DNA of 64,000 nucleotides from Candidatus Latescibacterota bacterium (GTDB lineage Bacteria; Latescibacterota; UBA2968; GCA-2709665): NCBI GenBank assembly GCA_965248435.1, contig OZ252100.1, positions 3,328,001 to 3,392,000 of the forward strand, read 5' to 3'. Shown piece by piece: positions 60,804 to 64,000 of this stretch (position 1 is its first letter; each line of letters starts with the position of its first letter). The notes under the pieces were generated by a model. It saw only the letters and a program-made list of their open reading frames with translations, ran no database searches and was not told where the DNA came from. The position numbers and the translations under genes were made by a program.

Positions 60804-61957
60804 GGCGGCTGCTCCGAGTCCGCTGTGAGCGGGAAGCCAAGCGTGTCGAAGTGGACCGTTCTCCCGAGGACGCTGACGGTGGTGTCTGAAACCTTCCCGA
60901 GGATGCCCAACGCGAGTGTCACGACAATGAGGACGACGCCGATGCTGATGACGACGGGTCTCCGTCGGGGGTGCCTTTCGGGCGACCTGTCGAGAAACGG
61001 TAGGAGAAAGACCAAGAGACCTGCCACCGGCGGAAGCGCAACCGCCAATGCTTCGGGCAGGATCTTCAGAAGTTGGAACATGGGCAGAAAGTACCATTCC
61101 GGCTTGATTCCTGGCGGTGTTTCGAATGGATTCGCGGGTTCTCCGAGGTGGAATGGGAAAAGGATGGCGAGCGTGAACAGGATGCCGAGGAGCAGGTATG
61201 CGATGATGGCCTCGAACAGGATGTGGTTTGGAAAGAATGGCCTGCCACCGGCCCGGAGCAGGGCGTTGGGTTCAGGCTCGGGTGCGTCTGTTCTGGAGAG
61301 CGGTGAAGTACCCTGAAGCCTGACGAGGACGAGATGCAGGGTTACGAGGACGAAAAGCGCAATCGGGAGCAGGGCGACGTGCGTCACGAAGAAACGTCCG
61401 AGGGTGACCTCACTCACCTCACTGCCTCCGCGCATGAATTCCTTCGAAATCTGGCCGATGAGTGGAAGTGATGCGGGGGCCTCCGTGCCGACTGTTGTCG
61501 CCCAAAACGCAAGCTGGTCCCAGGGGAGGAGATAACCCGTAAAGCCAAAGCCGAGAATCGTTCCAAAGATCACCACCCCGAGCATCCAAGTGACTTCCCG
61601 AGGGGCCTTGTATCCGCCATATAAAAAGGTCTTGATCATGTGGAGGAAGACAACCCCCACCATCAGGTTCGACCCCCAGACGTGGAGCTGTCGAATGAGC
61701 CAGCCAAAGGGGACGGACTGAGTGATGAATTGCACGCTCGCGTAGGCGCCCTTGACGGTCGGTTTGTAATAGAACATGAGCAACAGACCCGTGATGGCCT
61801 GAAGGAGGAAGAGGAGGAGGGCCAACGAACCCAGGGTAAAGAGGATATTGGTGTGAGGCGGGACAGGCCTACTGACGTGTCTGCGTATCCCGGTGAAGAG
61901 GGCCTTCAACGGATATCTATCAGTAAGCCAGCTTTGTAGTGATTCCAGGCCTTTCAT
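60800..61957 (-). CDS. Cytochrome b of a Rieske/b complex (b6 plus subunit IV fused)
   Basis: GWLIRQLHVWGSN..FLHM, FTGYLLPWDQ, FFVTHV..LHL, IKPEWYF; ATGA overlap with Rieske stop. Confidence 0.93.
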   Translation of the reverse strand: MKGLESLQSWLTDRYPLKALFTGIRRHVSRPVPPHTNILFTLGSLALLLFLLQAITGLLLMFYYKPTVKGAYASVQFITQSVPFGWLIRQLHVWGSNLMVGVVFLHMIKTFLYGGYKAPREVTWMLGVVIFGTILGFGFTGYLLPWDQLAFWATTVGTEAPASLPLIGQISKEFMRGGSEVSEVTLGRFFVTHVALLPIALFVLVTLHLVLVRLQGTSPLSRTDAPEPEPNALLRAGGRPFFPNHILFEAIIAYLLLGILFTLAILFPFHLGEPANPFETPPGIKPEWYFLPMFQLLKILPEALAVALPPVAGLLVFLLPFLDRSPERHPRRRPVVISIGVVLIVVTLALGILGKVSDTTVSVLGRTVHFDTLGFPLTADSEQPP

Positions 61958-62445
61958 GCCCGAACGATCCTGTTTCCCAGTGCGCGCAGGGCGACGACTT
62001 GCAGAGGCTCCGGAGGCGGTCCTCCCGTCACGCTTCCCACGAGATCGAACCTCCCCCCGTGGCACGGACACTCAATCTGATTGCTCGTACTGTTCCACCT
62101 GACGACACATCCGAGGTGACTGCAGACCGCGATAAATCCGAGCAACTGACCGCGACTTCTGATGACGAGGGTGGGTTGACCCAACAGGCGCCCAACCACA
62201 CCGGCGCCCTCCTTGACCGCTTCCGGATCTATCGGGCTTCCGGTGGGGTCTTCAAGGGTGTTGGCGAGTTCGGACGAACGTTTCAGAGGAGATAAATAGG
62301 CAAGTGCGGGCGAGAGAAATCCGATCGCCGTCGCCACGAATCCGATTCCGATGAACGCGTCCAGAAATTTTCGCCGTGTAAGATGTGCGCCGAATGGCTG
62401 AGTCACTTGGATCGTCCACAAAAAAGACCGGTTGCCGCCGGCCAC
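61954..62445 (-). CDS. Rieske 2Fe-2S protein with Tat signal
   Basis: TRRKFL, CSHLGC, CPCHGGRF, GPPPEPL; real start possibly GTG 62406. Confidence 0.92.
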   Translation of the reverse strand: MAGGNRSFLWTIQVTQPFGAHLTRRKFLDAFIGIGFVATAIGFLSPALAYLSPLKRSSELANTLEDPTGSPIDPEAVKEGAGVVGRLLGQPTLVIRSRGQLLGFIAVCSHLGCVVRWNSTSNQIECPCHGGRFDLVGSVTGGPPPEPLQVVALRALGNRIVRA

Positions 62446-62482
62446 CGGTCGAAGCGAATCACTTCATGCGTTTGAGATAGGG

Positions 62483-63409
62483 CTATCCACCCAGTTTCTG
62501 GAGACTCGCCCGAACAGCCTCTGCTGAGGTCTTCAGCGCGTCGGCTTCCTCAGGGGTCAGGGCGATTTCGATGATTCCCTCCACGCCACCTGCACCGAGT
62601 TTGACCGGAACGCCCATAAAGAGGTCGTGAATCCCGTACTGGCCCGTCAGCCAGGCCGCACAGGGCAAGATTCGTTTCTTGTCCAGTGAGATTGCCGCCA
62701 CCATCTCCGCTACCGCAGATGCGGGGGCATAATAGGCGCTGCCCTCCTCGAGGTGACCGACGATCTCTGCTCCGCCGTCCCGCGTTCGCTGGACCAATTT
62801 CGTAATCGATGCTTCGTCAAGGAATTCAAAGAGGGGGATTCCACCGATGGAAGAGTAGCGAGGAAGCGGGACCATCGAATCGCCGTGGCCGCCCAACACA
62901 AATGCCGTTACATCCTCAACCGACACGCCGACTTCCTCGGCGATGAAATAGCGAAATCTGGCGGAATCGAGGATGCCCGCCATGCCGACAACGCGCGTGG
63001 GGGGGAAACCTGTGGCCTCGAACGCGACATAGACCATCGCGTCGAGCGGGTTGGTAACAACGATGACGATCGCGTCCGGCGCAAAGTCTCGCGTGTGCCC
63101 GCTAACGGAGCGAACGATGTCGGCATTTGTAGCCAGGAGGTCATCCCGGCTCATCCCGGGCTTCCGGGCGATACCTGCGGTGATCACAACGAGATCGCAG
63201 GCCTCGAGCGCCTCGGGGTTGTCGGTACCGACTATTCGAGTGTCGAACCGATCAACCGGGGCAGATTCGGCCAGGTCCAGTCCCTTGCCCTTCGCAATTC
63301 CCCCTGCCACATCGAGAAGGATGACCTCTCGGGCAAGTTCTCGCTGGACAATCAGCTGTGCGGTGGTCGCACCTACGTTGCCCGCGCCCACAATTCCAAT
63401 CTTCACCAA
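62483..63409 (-). CDS. mdh: Malate dehydrogenase (LDH-like)
   Basis: [52 protein letters not shown]. Confidence 0.96.
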   Translation of the reverse strand: MVKIGIVGAGNVGATTAQLIVQRELAREVILLDVAGGIAKGKGLDLAESAPVDRFDTRIVGTDNPEALEACDLVVITAGIARKPGMSRDDLLATNADIVRSVSGHTRDFAPDAIVIVVTNPLDAMVYVAFEATGFPPTRVVGMAGILDSARFRYFIAEEVGVSVEDVTAFVLGGHGDSMVPLPRYSSIGGIPLFEFLDEASITKLVQRTRDGGAEIVGHLEEGSAYYAPASAVAEMVAAISLDKKRILPCAAWLTGQYGIHDLFMGVPVKLGAGGVEGIIEIALTPEEADALKTSAEAVRASLQKLGG

Positions 63410-63412
63410 ATC

Positions 63413-63673
63413 CTAGCCCGCCTGGGCGTAGACGCTGACCTTTTTTCGACGGCGGTCGACTTGCTCAAAGGTCACGACGCCGTCTATCAGAGCGAAGATG
63501 GAGTCGTCCCTTGCTCTGCGGACGTTTTCGCCGGGATGAATGCGAGTGCCCCGCTGCCGGACGATGATGCTCCCTGCGGACACGACCTGCCCACCAAACA
63601 CCTTTACCCCCAGACGCTGCCCTTTGCTGTCTCGTCCATTGCGAGAACTTCCGCCGGCCTTTTTATGCGCCAT
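63413..63673 (-). CDS. rpmA: 50S ribosomal protein L27
   Basis: [32 protein letters not shown]. Confidence 0.98.
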   Translation of the reverse strand: MAHKKAGGSSRNGRDSKGQRLGVKVFGGQVVSAGSIIVRQRGTRIHPGENVRRARDDSIFALIDGVVTFEQVDRRRKKVSVYAQAG

Positions 63674-64000
63674 TGTTCGCCTCCTGATCCTGGACCGAGA
63701 TGCCCTCAATCTGAAGTTCGGTGAATTGCTGTCTGTGACCGGTCTTTTTTCTATAGCCTTTTCGGCGCTTCATCTTGAACACGAAGATTTTCTGGTCTTT
63801 TCCGTGTCCGACCACCGTGGCTTCTACAGTCGCTCCTTCCAACTGAGGCGTACCAACCTGAACCTCCTGACCCCGGGCGACGAAAAGGACGCGGTCCAGT
63901 GTCACTTTCTCCCCGGACTCGGCCTTCATGCGTGGTACTTTTATCCGGTCGCCTTCATGAATTTTGACCTGGGACCCCAAAACATCGATCACTGCATACA
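63663..64000 (-). CDS. rplU: 50S ribosomal protein L21 (start codon cut by window edge)
   Basis: (M)[36 protein letters not shown]; upstream of rpmA. Confidence 0.95.
   Translation of the reverse strand, partial: YAVIDVLGSQVKIHEGDRIKVPRMKAESGEKVTLDRVLFVARGQEVQVGTPQLEGATVEATVVGHGKDQKIFVFKMKRRKGYRKKTGHRQQFTELQIEGISVQDQEANNGA

Noticed and set aside
1-64000. tRNA, rRNA or riboswitch
   Set aside because: None recognisable by eye, including tRNA-Sec; an Infernal/tRNAscan run would be needed to exclude them.

Overview
GC-rich bacterial window with four parts. (1) 1-4.2 kb: minus-strand signalling genes (STAS anti-sigma antagonist, GAF-PAS-PAS hybrid histidine kinase, truncated membrane-PAS protein with a good sigma54 promoter). 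(2) 4.2-41.6 kb: an accessory secretion island. An IS30 remnant is fused to a 5'-truncated giant Ca-binding RTX-like protein gene (about 24 kb, about 8,000 aa when two frameshifts are bridged). It is followed by DUF3467, a GAF-HlyD fusion, a PqqD-like/M50 peptidase/HlyD fusion, two extra envelope proteins, TolC, a short secondary SecA and a third membrane-fusion protein. This is a type I-like exporter with no ABC ATPase in the locus. (3) 41.7-49.9 kb: a standalone LigD phosphoesterase and a selenium cluster. The cluster has a MetE-like Zn methyltransferase with UGA at its Zn-ligand Cys (H-L-U-R-G-N) plus a SECIS-like hairpin, a transglutaminase-like protein, senA, and senB carrying an in-frame UGA plus SECIS-like hairpin in its interdomain linker. 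A GNAT, a Zn dehydrogenase and an ICL/PEP-mutase enzyme follow. (4) 50-64 kb: housekeeping and energy genes (dnaK, FmdB, sucC, gpmI, acnA, NtrC-type regulator, Rieske/cytochrome b/hexaheme cytochrome c, mdh, rpmA, rplU). The best candidates for undescribed biology are the UGA/SECIS-gated senB with the neighbouring Sec-MetE, and the ABC-less SecA/M50/RRE export system. All calls come from motif reading by eye; no database searches were run.
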